Shown here: positions 9,772-19,200 of the stretch, piece by piece | Layout: each line of letters starts with the position of its first letter | Numbering within the stretch: the stretch's first letter is position 1 | Assembly (NCBI GenBank): GCA_040219255.1 | Contig: JAVJSW010000008.1 | Coordinates: forward strand, 45,344 to 109,343 | Reading direction: 5' to 3' | DNA from: Sumerlaeia bacterium | Lineage (GTDB): Bacteria > Sumerlaeota > Sumerlaeia > SLMS01 > JAHLLQ01 | Length of the DNA stretch: 64,000 nucleotides | The notes under the pieces: generated by a model | What the model was told of the DNA's origin: nothing | The model's database searches: none | Seen by the model: only the letters and a program-made list of their open reading frames with translations | Program-made: the position numbers and the translations under genes

Positions 9772-11040
9772 TCAGATCGTATGAACCATCATGGCGTCGC
9801 GCAACTTGGGCTCGAACCAGGTGGACTTGGGCGGCATGATGCCCCCTTCGTCGGCGATGGCCATCAGGTCCTCGACCGAAGTGGGGAACATGGCGAAGGC
9901 AACGGCGTACTGGCCGCCGTCGACCAGCTTGACGAGTTCCCGGGGGCCGCGGATGCCGCCGATGAACGCGATGCGGTCGCTCGTGCGGGGGTCGTCGATG
10001 CCCAGCAGCGGGGTCAGGACATGGCGCTGCAAGACGGCGACATCGAGCCGGTCGGCCTCCGTGGCAGCCTTGGCCGCGTCTTCCGACCATCGCACCGTGT
10101 ACCACTTGCCGGCAAAATACATCGTCATCTCGCCCTTTTCCGTGGGGAGCAACGAGTCGTCCGGGGTGCCTTCTTCGACTTCGGCGACGCCTTCGAGCTT
10201 CTTCATGAAGACTTCCGGCGTGAGTCCGTTCAGGTTCTTGACGACGCGGTTGTAGCCGAGGATCTGCATTTGGTTGTGGGGAAAGGTGACGGTGAGAAAG
10301 TAGGCGACGGCGTCTTTGGCGACGAGATCGCGCGAGCCGCCGGATTCCTCCTGTGTGGCGGTCTTGGCGCGCTGGCGGAAGACACGGGCGGCGGCGGCGC
10401 TGCGGTGGTGGCCGTCGGCGATATAGAGAGCCGGAACGCGTTGAAAGGCGCTTTCGATTTTCTTGACCTCCGCCGGATCGGAAATCACCCAGGCGGTGTG
10501 GCGGATGCCGTCGTTGGCGGTGAAGTCCACAACCGGATTGTCGGCGGCGGCTTCGGCCAGGAGCAGGTCGGTTTCGGGCGTGGAACGGAAGGTGAGGAAG
10601 ACGGGGCCGGTCTGGGCGCCGGTGATTTCGATGTGGCGGGTGCGGTCGTCTTCCTTATCGGGGCGCGTCAACTCGTGCTTCTTGACGATGCCCCGGTCGT
10701 ATTCGGTGCAGCTCGCGACAGCGACGAGGCCAAGCTGTTCATGTGAACCCATAACAAGGCGGTAGAGGTAATAGCAGGGCTTCTCCTCGCGGAGGAGCGC
10801 GCCGTTGGCGATGAGTTCCTTCAGGTTGCGGGCGGCCAGCTCGTACGCCTCGTCGGAGTGTGCGTCGGCGCCTTCGGGCATTTCGATTTCCGGGCGGGTG
10901 ACGCGCAGGAACGAGAGCGGATTGCCCTCGGCCATGACGCGAGCCTCGTCGGCGCTCATGACGTCGTAAGGAGGGGTGCAGATCTGTTGCGCTTTCGCGG
11001 GATCGGGACGCAGGGCGCGGAAAGGTTTGAGAGTGGCCAC
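9772..11040 (-). CDS. DUF1015 family protein
   Basis: PFRALRP, PPYDV, KKHELT, YIADGHHR and MPPKSTWFEPK; GTG start with GGAAGG RBS. Confidence 0.92.
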   Translation of the reverse strand: MATLKPFRALRPDPAKAQQICTPPYDVMSADEARVMAEGNPLSFLRVTRPEIEMPEGADAHSDEAYELAARNLKELIANGALLREEKPCYYLYRLVMGSHEQLGLVAVASCTEYDRGIVKKHELTRPDKEDDRTRHIEITGAQTGPVFLTFRSTPETDLLLAEAAADNPVVDFTANDGIRHTAWVISDPAEVKKIESAFQRVPALYIADGHHRSAAAARVFRQRAKTATQEESGGSRDLVAKDAVAYFLTVTFPHNQMQILGYNRVVKNLNGLTPEVFMKKLEGVAEVEEGTPDDSLLPTEKGEMTMYFAGKWYTVRWSEDAAKAATEADRLDVAVLQRHVLTPLLGIDDPRTSDRIAFIGGIRGPRELVKLVDGGQYAVAFAMFPTSVEDLMAIADEGGIMPPKSTWFEPKLRDAMMVHTI

Positions 11041-11194
11041 GGCGAAGAGAGTCCTTCCGGAGTGTGACTTGCCCATTCGGTGTGGTTTGGTAAGCACCGG
11101 CCCCGTCAGGCGGCAAGGGAGAATCGCGGGGGAGAAATGCCGGATCGGTAAAACAAAAGAGAAACTGGGGGCTGAGGCGGACGAAACATCAAGC

Positions 11195-12175
11195 TCAGGC
11201 GACAGGTCCACGCAAAATTTTATCGGCGAAGTCCTCAATCAGAGACTCGATTTCCGCCCGCCGCGCCAGAACGGCCAGCCAATCGGCGGGCAATCCACCT
11301 TCGCCATAAAAGGCTCCGGCCAGCCCGCCCGCCACCGTTCCCGTGGTGTCCGTGTCCTCGCCCAGGTTCACGGCGCGCAGCACGCACTCGGCATAACCGC
11401 CAGTGGTCAAAAAGCACCACAGGGCTGCCTCCAGCGTGTGCATCACATAGCCGCCGGACCCGATGTGGCTCTCTGGCAGGGCCAGCCACTGGGCCAACGA
11501 ACGCTCGAGCCGCGGACGAAAGTGGGTGTCCTCCCCGGGGCAGTGCTGCTCGATCCAGGCGAGTCCATCGGCCCGGGCGCGATCCCACGCGGCTTCCTTG
11601 CCCTCGCCCGCAAGCAGAGCCCGCACCATGGCGCAGTAAACCACGCAGGCTCCGACCGAGCGCGGGTGCGCGTGGGTCAGGCGGGAGGCGACGGAGGCAG
11701 CCTGTGCCAAATCGGCGAAGGATCCATGATGCCAGAAAAGCGCCACCGGCATCGTCCGCATCAGCGAGCCGTTGCCGTTGCTGTGTTGGTCCGTGGCCCC
11801 CGCTTCGCGCGGGTCCGCGACGGACCCGTATCGCCGAAGCGCCCCCGCCGTCGTGACGCCGATGTCGAAGACTTCGCCGTGCGGAGTCCAGAGGGCCTCG
11901 TCATACCAGGCGCGGAATAGATCGGCGGCCCGGCGCCACCACTCACCCGCGCCGCCGGTCTCAGTGAGGGCCTGAGTCAGGCAGAGCATCATCGACGTGT
12001 CGTCGGACCACGTACCGGCGGGCTGGTCGTGTGTACCGAAGGCGCGCATGCTGGTGACGGGATTTCGCTGGACCGCGGCACGGGATTGAAACTCGACGGG
12101 AACGCCGAGCGCATCGCCGAGGGCGGCTCCAAGGATGGCCGCCCGAAGGCGTTCGGTGAGGTGCGAGTGGGACAT
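11195..12175 (-). CDS. ADP-ribosylglycohydrolase family protein
   Basis: GDALGVPVEF, WSDDT, GNGSLMR, TH and NLGEDTDT motifs. Confidence 0.92.
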   Translation of the reverse strand: MSHSHLTERLRAAILGAALGDALGVPVEFQSRAAVQRNPVTSMRAFGTHDQPAGTWSDDTSMMLCLTQALTETGGAGEWWRRAADLFRAWYDEALWTPHGEVFDIGVTTAGALRRYGSVADPREAGATDQHSNGNGSLMRTMPVALFWHHGSFADLAQAASVASRLTHAHPRSVGACVVYCAMVRALLAGEGKEAAWDRARADGLAWIEQHCPGEDTHFRPRLERSLAQWLALPESHIGSGGYVMHTLEAALWCFLTTGGYAECVLRAVNLGEDTDTTGTVAGGLAGAFYGEGGLPADWLAVLARRAEIESLIEDFADKILRGPVA

Positions 12176-12326
12176 GGCGGAGAAGCCCTCTTCCTTCACA
12201 GTGTACCTATTACACCGTATTTCGGTCCGCCTGTCAATCGCCTTCAACCTTGCCCTCCATCAGGTCCTGGCCAGAGGCTTGGTGGTTGATTGCTGCACTG
12301 AGGGGGCTCGGTTTCCCGTTCCTGTG

Positions 12327-13322
12327 ATGAAAAAGCACCGCAAGAAGTTACTCTCGCTCCTGGTTTCCGCAACCCTGTTGGGGCTGCTCATATCCAGTGT
12401 GGACCGGGGCGCGCTGCTCCAGGTGATCGGGGGGGCGAACCTGTGGTGGTTCGCGCTGGCGCTGGCGATGTTCATTCCGCAGACGCTGGCCATCGCGCAC
12501 CGGTGGAGCCTGATCGTCGAACCGATCGCGCCCATTTCCGAGCGGGAAGCGGGACGGCAGGTCCTGGCGTCGTCGTGCCTGAATCTGGTGCTGCCGAGCA
12601 AACTGGGAGATCTGGCGAAGGGGGTCTTCCTGTATCGCCAGGGCCGTTGCCGTTTCGAGGACGGGTTGCAGATCGTGGTGTTCGAGAAGTTGCTGGATTT
12701 GGCGGCGCTGTCGGGTCTGATGGTCATTGGGTGGCTCATCGCGCCGCGGAGCGACTGGTGGGTGCTGGCGACGCTGGGGCTGGGCCTGGTGGTGATGGGG
12801 GCGGTCTGGACGATTTACTTCGTCAAGCGAGGCGGTAGCGTGGTGGAGGGTGTTCTGCCGGGGTTTGTGACAAAGCACCCGAAATTCGGCAAACTCGATG
12901 GTCTCCTCAAGGCGGGACCGCGTGTGATGGCGCTGATCCACGGCGACGCCCGGCGCAAGTGGAGCATCGTGGCCTGGAGCTTCACCATCTGGCTGCTGCA
13001 CCTGGCGCAGATCGCGTTCTTCTTTTTCTGCCTGAGGGCGGACGCCGGGTTCTTCGAAGTGCTGGCGCGGGTTCCCATCGCGATTTTCGCGGGTCTGTTG
13101 CCCCTGGCCATCGCGGGGGTGGGCGTGCGGGACTGGGCCATCGTGGCGATCTTCGGCTCGGCCACGAATCCGAGGGCGGTGCTGGTCGGCGTGGGATTGC
13201 TGGTCTCGCTCCGCTATGTGATTCCCGCGGCGGCGGGGCTCTTGTTTTTCAACCGCTATCTGGGCGCGGCGCGGGAAGCCCAGGAGAAGCTGAGCGATTC
13301 GCCGTCGAAGGAGCCCACCTGA
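12327..13322 (+). CDS. Lysylphosphatidylglycerol synthase TM / UPF0104 flippase-like membrane protein
   Basis: RW, NLVLPSKLGDLAK, EKLLD and LPLAIAGVGVRD motifs with multiple TM helices. Confidence 0.85.
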   Translation: MKKHRKKLLSLLVSATLLGLLISSVDRGALLQVIGGANLWWFALALAMFIPQTLAIAHRWSLIVEPIAPISEREAGRQVLASSCLNLVLPSKLGDLAKGVFLYRQGRCRFEDGLQIVVFEKLLDLAALSGLMVIGWLIAPRSDWWVLATLGLGLVVMGAVWTIYFVKRGGSVVEGVLPGFVTKHPKFGKLDGLLKAGPRVMALIHGDARRKWSIVAWSFTIWLLHLAQIAFFFFCLRADAGFFEVLARVPIAIFAGLLPLAIAGVGVRDWAIVAIFGSATNPRAVLVGVGLLVSLRYVIPAAAGLLFFNRYLGAAREAQEKLSDSPSKEPT

Positions 13323-13329
13323 TCGTCCC

Positions 13330-15309
13330 ATGCCCGACTTCCCCAAGCACAGCACGCTCTGGGCGCGATTCCTTGTCTTCCTCGGGTTGGCCGGACTGGG
13401 CCTGTTCTGGCTCCTGACAATTCCCGAGGACTCCTTCATTTTCCGGTGGGACCGGGCGATATTCCAGCTCATCAACGCGGCCGTCGGCCGCAGCGCCGTG
13501 CTCGACTGGTCGCTGCTGGTGACCGGCAGCCGGGGGTGGTACTACGGGTCGCTGGGGGCCATGCTGGCCTTTGCCATGTATCAGGCGTGGCGAACGCGGG
13601 CGCGGCATCATGGCCGGCGTTTCGGTTACCTGCTTTGCGCCGGGCTGCTGGCATTGGCGGCCGAGGAAATCGCCGATGAAGCGAGCGACCTCTTTCCCCG
13701 GCCAGCGCCATGGGTCGCGCAGGCGGAGACCTGGAACGAAGTCGCCGTCCGCGCGGAAATGAAGGATTTCCTCGATTATGGCCCCACCGACCGGGTGCCG
13801 GATGAAAACTTCGTGGCGTGGTTTTTCGTCGTGCTCATGCTGCTGCCGCGCATGCCCCGCACCGCATCCATCACGTTGGGCCTGCTGGCGTTGTACACGG
13901 CCAGTCACCTGATCCTGGGCACGGAGTGGACGACCACGTTCGTCAGCTCCGTGTTCTTCGCGTCGGCCCTGACGGGCGTGATTCTGTTTCTCCTGGGCGG
14001 CCCCATCGAATGGACCGAGCGCAAAGCGGAGAAGCTGTTCGCCGCCGCGCTGCCGAGCGAGCTGCTGCGCAGCGATCTGCGCAAAGCGCTGGAGGCCCGA
14101 GACGCGGAATGGCAAGCGGCGCTCCGTGTGGCCTATCAGTCCCAGGACCGGCAGAAAATCCGGCGCAAGGAACGTTTCTGGCACGAGTTGGTTGGCGGCC
14201 GTGTCCTCCCGCTGCTGGGCCATTCGGGGGAACCGTTCACCCTTTCGAACAAACCACCGGGTCCGAAACGGGAGGGCATGCAGCCGAGCCGCTACGTTCG
14301 GTTCTTGACCTATGGCGAAGAAAAGCAGACGGTCGTTGTCAAGGCGGCGGCGGCGGCGCGGCTGCCTTGGTCCCGGCCGTCGCGCCTGGCGCGCTACCTG
14401 CGCAGCGTGGAGAGTCAACTTTATCTCGAGCGCCTCGGATTCCCAGTGGCCCGGACGTATTTCTGCGAGGACATGATGAGCCGCTTCGGGCTGCGCGAGT
14501 CGGTCCTGATCATCGAGGACTACCTGTCCGGCTCACACCTGCCGCTCGAAGACTTCGAGACGAAGCGGGAGGCGATCCGGCTTCTGGCCCGCATGCACCA
14601 GGTGCGGCGGCAGAACTGGGGCGCCCTCTCGGCCGGCCCGGAGGAAGAACTGACCCGCGCCAGCTATGTGTCGATTTTTCTGCGGCGAGAAGTCATCTAC
14701 GCCCTGCGGCGGATGGAGCGGCACTTTGGCGTCTCGCTGGATGGCGAAACGCGCGAGGAAATCTGGCACTTGTTCGAAGGCGAAGCGGGGGCGTTGCTCT
14801 CCGAACCGGACTTGGCGTTCCGGCTGATCCACGGTGATGTGAGTGTCCGCAATTTCTTGAAGAGCACCGACGGGACGGTGCGCATGATTGACTTCGTGAC
14901 GGTCGCATTCGACCTGCCGGGCATTGAAATCGTGCGGGCGCCGCTCGTTTTCACCGAGGCGAAGAGCAAAAAGAAAGGCCGCCCCAAAGAGTTGTCCCCG
15001 CTGTGGACGGCCTATTTCGAGGAGGCGGGCGCGCAAGCCTACGAGCGTTTCACCCGCCAGTCGCGGCTGGCGCTGGCGAGGTTTTCGCTGCGGGAACTGG
15101 CTTGGGGACGGGCCCGCCTTGAGGAAGAAAAGCCGGATGCGGCGACCCTTGTCTCCTGGATCCGCCAACTGTTCGCCGCCGATCCGCGTAGTCTCTGGGG
15201 CGGCCAACCGGAAGAAGCGGACTGGTCAGCCGTTCTGCGGATTCTGGGATGGAACCGGGAAGAACCTTCCACGTCAAAAACTATCCGCCCCGCGCCATTA
15301 CCCGATTGA
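13330..15309 (+). CDS. Fusion of a PAP2-like membrane domain and an APH/LPS-kinase-like phosphotransferase
   Basis: N-terminal DRAIFQLIN and PRP with TM helices; C-terminal VVVK, LARMH, IHGDVSVRNFL and IDF kinase motifs. Confidence 0.72.
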   Translation: MPDFPKHSTLWARFLVFLGLAGLGLFWLLTIPEDSFIFRWDRAIFQLINAAVGRSAVLDWSLLVTGSRGWYYGSLGAMLAFAMYQAWRTRARHHGRRFGYLLCAGLLALAAEEIADEASDLFPRPAPWVAQAETWNEVAVRAEMKDFLDYGPTDRVPDENFVAWFFVVLMLLPRMPRTASITLGLLALYTASHLILGTEWTTTFVSSVFFASALTGVILFLLGGPIEWTERKAEKLFAAALPSELLRSDLRKALEARDAEWQAALRVAYQSQDRQKIRRKERFWHELVGGRVLPLLGHSGEPFTLSNKPPGPKREGMQPSRYVRFLTYGEEKQTVVVKAAAAARLPWSRPSRLARYLRSVESQLYLERLGFPVARTYFCEDMMSRFGLRESVLIIEDYLSGSHLPLEDFETKREAIRLLARMHQVRRQNWGALSAGPEEELTRASYVSIFLRREVIYALRRMERHFGVSLDGETREEIWHLFEGEAGALLSEPDLAFRLIHGDVSVRNFLKSTDGTVRMIDFVTVAFDLPGIEIVRAPLVFTEAKSKKKGRPKELSPLWTAYFEEAGAQAYERFTRQSRLALARFSLRELAWGRARLEEEKPDAATLVSWIRQLFAADPRSLWGGQPEEADWSAVLRILGWNREEPSTSKTIRPAPLPD

Positions 15310-15321
15310 GGTTCTATCACA

Positions 15322-16314
15322 ATGATTGCCAGCGTTCCCGACACATCGAATCGATTCGACCGAAAGCTCCGTGGACATGGTCTGAGTCTGGAGAGAGCCA
15401 GACTCGAGGTGCTGCAAGTCAACGTCGGGCGGCTCTGCAATCAGACCTGCCGCCATTGCCACGTCAACGCCGGACCAACGCGTACCGAACTGATGAGCAT
15501 GGAGGTGGCGGAGGCGGCCATTGCCTGGCTGGACAAAGTGCCGACGATCCACACGCTGGACATCACCGGCGGAGCGCCGGAGATGGCTCCGTGCTTTCGC
15601 CGGCTGGCGGAAGCCGGGGCGGAGCGCGGCAAGAAAGTGATCGACCGCTGCAACCTGACGATCCTGACGGAGCCCGGATACGAGGATCTGGCGGATTTCC
15701 TCGCCCGCCATCGAGTCGCCGTGATCGCCTCCCTCCCCTGCTATTCGGCGGCGAACGTGGATAAGCAGCGGGGTGACGGGGTGTTCGAGCGCTCGATCGC
15801 CGGGCTGCGGACGCTCAACGCCCTCGGCTATGGTCAGGCGGAGGGCGAGCCGGGGCAGGGCGCTCTGCGGTTGGATCTCGTTTACAACCCCATCGGGCCG
15901 AAACTTCCGCCGAGCCAGAAGGCCCTGGAGGCGGCCTATCGGCAGAAACTGAAGGCGGACTTCGGCATCGTCTTCGACCGATTGCTGACGATTACCAACC
16001 TGCCCGTGGGCCGGTTCCGCAGCGCCCTGCACCGCAGCGGCGAGTTGGAGGGATACGTCGATCTCCTCGACGACAACTTCAACCCCTGCGCCGTGGCGGG
16101 GTTGATGTGCCGCAATCACCTGTCGGTGGATTATCGGGGCTATCTGTACGATTGCGATTTCAATCAGATGACGGACCTGCCGATCGGCGGGTCGCCGCTG
16201 AATATTCTAGAAACGACACCCGAGGAGGTGGCCCGGCGCCGGATCGCGACGGCGGACCACTGTCTCGGTTGCACCTCGGGCGCCGGTTCGTCCTGTGGGG
16301 GTTCTCTGGCCTAG
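15322..16314 (+). CDS. arsS: ArsS-like radical SAM protein (DUF3641 C-terminus)
   Basis: LQVNVGRLCNQTCRHCHV, DITGGAPE, SLPCY, YDCDFNQM, C-terminal HCLGCTSGAGSSCGG. Confidence 0.88.
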   Translation: MIASVPDTSNRFDRKLRGHGLSLERARLEVLQVNVGRLCNQTCRHCHVNAGPTRTELMSMEVAEAAIAWLDKVPTIHTLDITGGAPEMAPCFRRLAEAGAERGKKVIDRCNLTILTEPGYEDLADFLARHRVAVIASLPCYSAANVDKQRGDGVFERSIAGLRTLNALGYGQAEGEPGQGALRLDLVYNPIGPKLPPSQKALEAAYRQKLKADFGIVFDRLLTITNLPVGRFRSALHRSGELEGYVDLLDDNFNPCAVAGLMCRNHLSVDYRGYLYDCDFNQMTDLPIGGSPLNILETTPEEVARRRIATADHCLGCTSGAGSSCGGSLA

Positions 16315-16357
16315 AGTCTTATCGGAGGCTTGCCCGCTCCATGATTCTTCAAGGAAA

Positions 16358-16661
16358 TCACCGCAGAGGCGCAGAGAACGCAGAGAAGATTGGTGCCTTT
16401 GAAGGTGACTGGAACAATGGGAATGCTCCGATTCCTGGCTGGGCAACTGGGATATCGCAGCCGGTTCTCTTGAAACAGGGACCAAGGACAAGAAAAGACG
16501 ACAGATTCTCCGCCACTTCGCAAGGTATTGCAGAAATCAGGGTTTGGGAGTTGGCGACAGATTGCCTATTTCTATGGAGTTGGCCCAACAGGCCATCCAT
16601 TTCTGCCACTCCTTTTGAATGATCTCTGTGGAACTTCTGTCTTCCGTGCCCATTGTGGTGA
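16358..16661. repeat. Degenerate inverted repeat pair (MITE/REP-like) between convergent genes
   Basis: TCACCGCAGAGGCGCAGAGAACGCAGAG at 16358 and inverted CTCTGTGG...TTGTGGTGA ending at 16661, enclosing an AT-richer spacer. Confidence 0.55.
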
Positions 16662-16673
16662 AGGATCGCGGGC

Positions 16674-17954
16674 CTACTTCATCGGCAGCGTCTGCTCGCG
16701 GTCCGGGCCGATGCTGACCATCGAGATGGGCGTGTCGAGGGCATGCGAAACCCTGTCGAGGTAGCGAAGAGCCTCAACCGGCAGATCTTCCGTCGTCTTG
16801 GCGTTACTCGTCTGGCATTTCCAGCCCTGGTGCGTTTCGTAGGAGGGACGGGAAGCCTCGACGGCGTCGGCGCCGAAGGGGATCAGTTCGGCTTCCGAGG
16901 CGTCGGCCAGGATGTATCTGTCGCAGACTTCAACAGTATCGAAGTCGTCGAGAACATCGAGTTTCGTGACGACCATTTCGGTGCAACCACAGATCTGGAC
17001 GGCGCGACGGACGACCGGCAGGTCGAGCCAGCCGCAGCGGCGGGCGCGGCCCGTGGTAGCGCCGTATTCGCCGCCGGCTTCGCGCAGGCGTTCGCCTTCG
17101 GCGCCGAGCAGTTCGGTGGGGAAGGGGCCTTCGCCGACGCGGGTGGTGTAGGCTTTGAAAACGCCGACGACGCGTTCGATGTGGCGGGGCGAAATTCCCA
17201 AGCCGGTGCAGGCGCCGCCGGGAGTGGGGCTCGACGATGTGACATAGGGATAGGTCCCATGGTCGATGTCGAGCATGACGCCCTGGGCGCCCTCGCAGAG
17301 GACGTTTTCGCCGCGGGCGAGGGACTCGTTCACAAGGGCCACGGTATCGCCCACCAGGGGCGCCAGGCGGTCGGCGCAGGCGGTCAGTTGCTCGAGGGCC
17401 TGCTCCGTATTGGCGGGCTGGATTTCATAGACTTTGCGAAGAAATTCGCCGTGGAACTCGGCGAGGGCGCGATACTTCTTCACGAATTGATCGCGCCTGC
17501 GCAAGTCGCCGAGGCGCAGGCCGACGCGGCGGAATTTGTCGGAGTAGGTCTGACCGATGCCGCGCAGAGTGGTGCCGATCTTACGGCCGCCCTTCTGGTG
17601 TTCGGCGGCATGGTCGAGTTCCTTGTGGAGAGGCAGGACCATATGAGCCTGCTCGGAGAGCGTAAGACGGTCGGCGATATCCATGCCCTGCTCGAGAAGT
17701 TTGTCGATCTCGCCCGCGAGGCCGAGGACATCGACGACCATGCCGTTGCCGACGATATTGCGCACGCCGGGGCGCAGCACGCCGGAGGGCAAGGCGTGGA
17801 GGACGAACTTTTTGCCGTTCACGATCACGGTGTGTCCGGCGTTGCTGCCTCCCTGGAATCGGGCGACGACGTCGCTGTCGGCGGCGAGGAAGTCAACGAT
17901 CTTGCCTTTTCCTTCGTCGCCCCATTGGCATCCGATGACCACTGTCGCGGGCAT
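16674..17954 (-). CDS. purA: Adenylosuccinate synthetase
   Basis: QWGDEGKGK, GGSNAGHT, EGAQG, GTYPYVTSS and TTGRARRCGWLD. Confidence 0.97.
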   Translation of the reverse strand: MPATVVIGCQWGDEGKGKIVDFLAADSDVVARFQGGSNAGHTVIVNGKKFVLHALPSGVLRPGVRNIVGNGMVVDVLGLAGEIDKLLEQGMDIADRLTLSEQAHMVLPLHKELDHAAEHQKGGRKIGTTLRGIGQTYSDKFRRVGLRLGDLRRRDQFVKKYRALAEFHGEFLRKVYEIQPANTEQALEQLTACADRLAPLVGDTVALVNESLARGENVLCEGAQGVMLDIDHGTYPYVTSSSPTPGGACTGLGISPRHIERVVGVFKAYTTRVGEGPFPTELLGAEGERLREAGGEYGATTGRARRCGWLDLPVVRRAVQICGCTEMVVTKLDVLDDFDTVEVCDRYILADASEAELIPFGADAVEASRPSYETHQGWKCQTSNAKTTEDLPVEALRYLDRVSHALDTPISMVSIGPDREQTLPMK

Positions 17955-18129
17955 GGTTACGGTTCCTTCGGTAAATAAGCTCGGGCCGCTCAAAGAGAAG
18001 CGCCCCAGCGCAGGGCCGGGGCGAGGGACTCGATGCACAGCGCGGCGGGAGTTCGGGGTGTCTGTCGATAAACGTGAGAAGAGCTATGGAGGGTTTTCCA
18101 CGGCCACCTGCGGCTTGAGGCCTCAGGCC

Positions 18130-18828
18130 TTACTTCTTCTTTTTCTCGTCCTTGTCCTGCGGTTCGTCTTCTCCGGCGGGCTCGTCCGCCGGTTTATCCT
18201 CGGCTGGCGCCTCGTCTTTGGTGGCGGCTTTGGACTTGGGGTCCGTGATCACTTCGGCGTTGTCGTCTTCGAAGTCTTCCTCGTCATCGAAGCCGAAATC
18301 GTCGTCGAAGGTCGAGAAATCGTCGTCCTCATCGTCCTCAAAGGGTTTGGGACGCAGGAGGAGATAGAGGATGGCCACGACGACGAAGAGGAGCAGGATG
18401 ATGACAACGTAGTTGAAGGCGTTGCTCTCGTTTTCCTGGGAGGGCTCGGCGCTGGAGGAGGGGGCGGAAGCGGGGGCGGCGGTGTCGCGGGCGAGGCCCG
18501 GTTTGTCGGCGAGGATGTTCTCGAGAACGCCCCGCTGCTTTTCGATCTGGTTGCGCAGCGTGGTCGCTTCGCGGCCCAGCGGGCTGTCGCGCAGCAGTTC
18601 GTTGTCCGCGTATTGGGAGATCTGCTCGGCGGTGCGTTGCAGTTCGCGGTTGGACTGGCGGAGTTCGTAGACTTCTTCGCGCAGGTCGTTCATGACCTCT
18701 TCACGAAGTTGAGCCTTGGCGCGGGCTTGGGTGGCCCCGCGGCTTTCCGCCGAATCGCTGGAACAACCGGTGACCAGCAGAAGGCAGATGAGAGAGGTGT
18801 ACAGGAACGGACGCAGCAGAGTTTTCAC
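18130..18828 (-). CDS. Hypothetical lipoprotein with coiled coil, TM helix and acidic tail
   Basis: GTG start, lipobox LVTG-C, helical region, YVVIILLLFVVVAILYLLL TM helix, D/E-rich C-terminus. Confidence 0.7.
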   Translation of the reverse strand: MKTLLRPFLYTSLICLLLVTGCSSDSAESRGATQARAKAQLREEVMNDLREEVYELRQSNRELQRTAEQISQYADNELLRDSPLGREATTLRNQIEKQRGVLENILADKPGLARDTAAPASAPSSSAEPSQENESNAFNYVVIILLLFVVVAILYLLLRPKPFEDDEDDDFSTFDDDFGFDDEEDFEDDNAEVITDPKSKAATKDEAPAEDKPADEPAGEDEPQDKDEKKKK

Positions 18829-19004
18829 TCTCGAATCCTTTATCGGTGGCAATTTGGGAGCTCGATTCAGGCCGCAAAAGCAGACCGCAACCCGCACTCC
18901 CGTCTGACACCATCGGAAGTCGGACCCGGGCGCAAGAAAAACATAAGGAGTCTTGACCCTGCCCGAGTTGCGATTTGCAGCGGGAAATGTGAGAAGAGAA
19001 AGAA

Positions 19005-19080
19005 TGGTGGGCACGGGCAGGATCGAACTGCCGACACCAGGATTTTCAGTCCTGTGCTCTACCGACTGAGCTACATGCCC
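19005..19080 (-). tRNA. tRNA-Phe (GAA)
   Basis: Reverse complement GGGCATGTAGCTCAGTCGGTAGAGCACAGGACTGAAAATCCTGGTGTCGGCAGTTCGATCCTGCCCGTGCCCACCA: 76-nt cloverleaf, GAA anticodon, encoded CCA. Confidence 0.97.
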
Positions 19081-19200
19081 ACGAGGGGAAAGGCGCCGGG
19101 CGATGTTCTCGCCGCGAGCGGAGGGAGAACGTGCCGCTTTCCCCGTCACGAGTCAAGGGTCAATTGCGCCCTTTTTGGCCCATTTCGAAGTCCGGTCGAA

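Noticed and set aside
16290-16314. Selenocysteine in the ArsS C-terminal motif
   Set aside because: The codon is TGT (Cys) and the ORF ends normally at TAG.
19005-19080. tRNA-Phe as an integration site for an island
   Set aside because: No integrase, no duplicated tRNA 3' end noticed and no composition shift beside it.
18829-19149. N-terminal extension of the 18130 ORF
   Set aside because: It reads through tRNA-Phe; the lipoprotein signal begins at GTG 18828.
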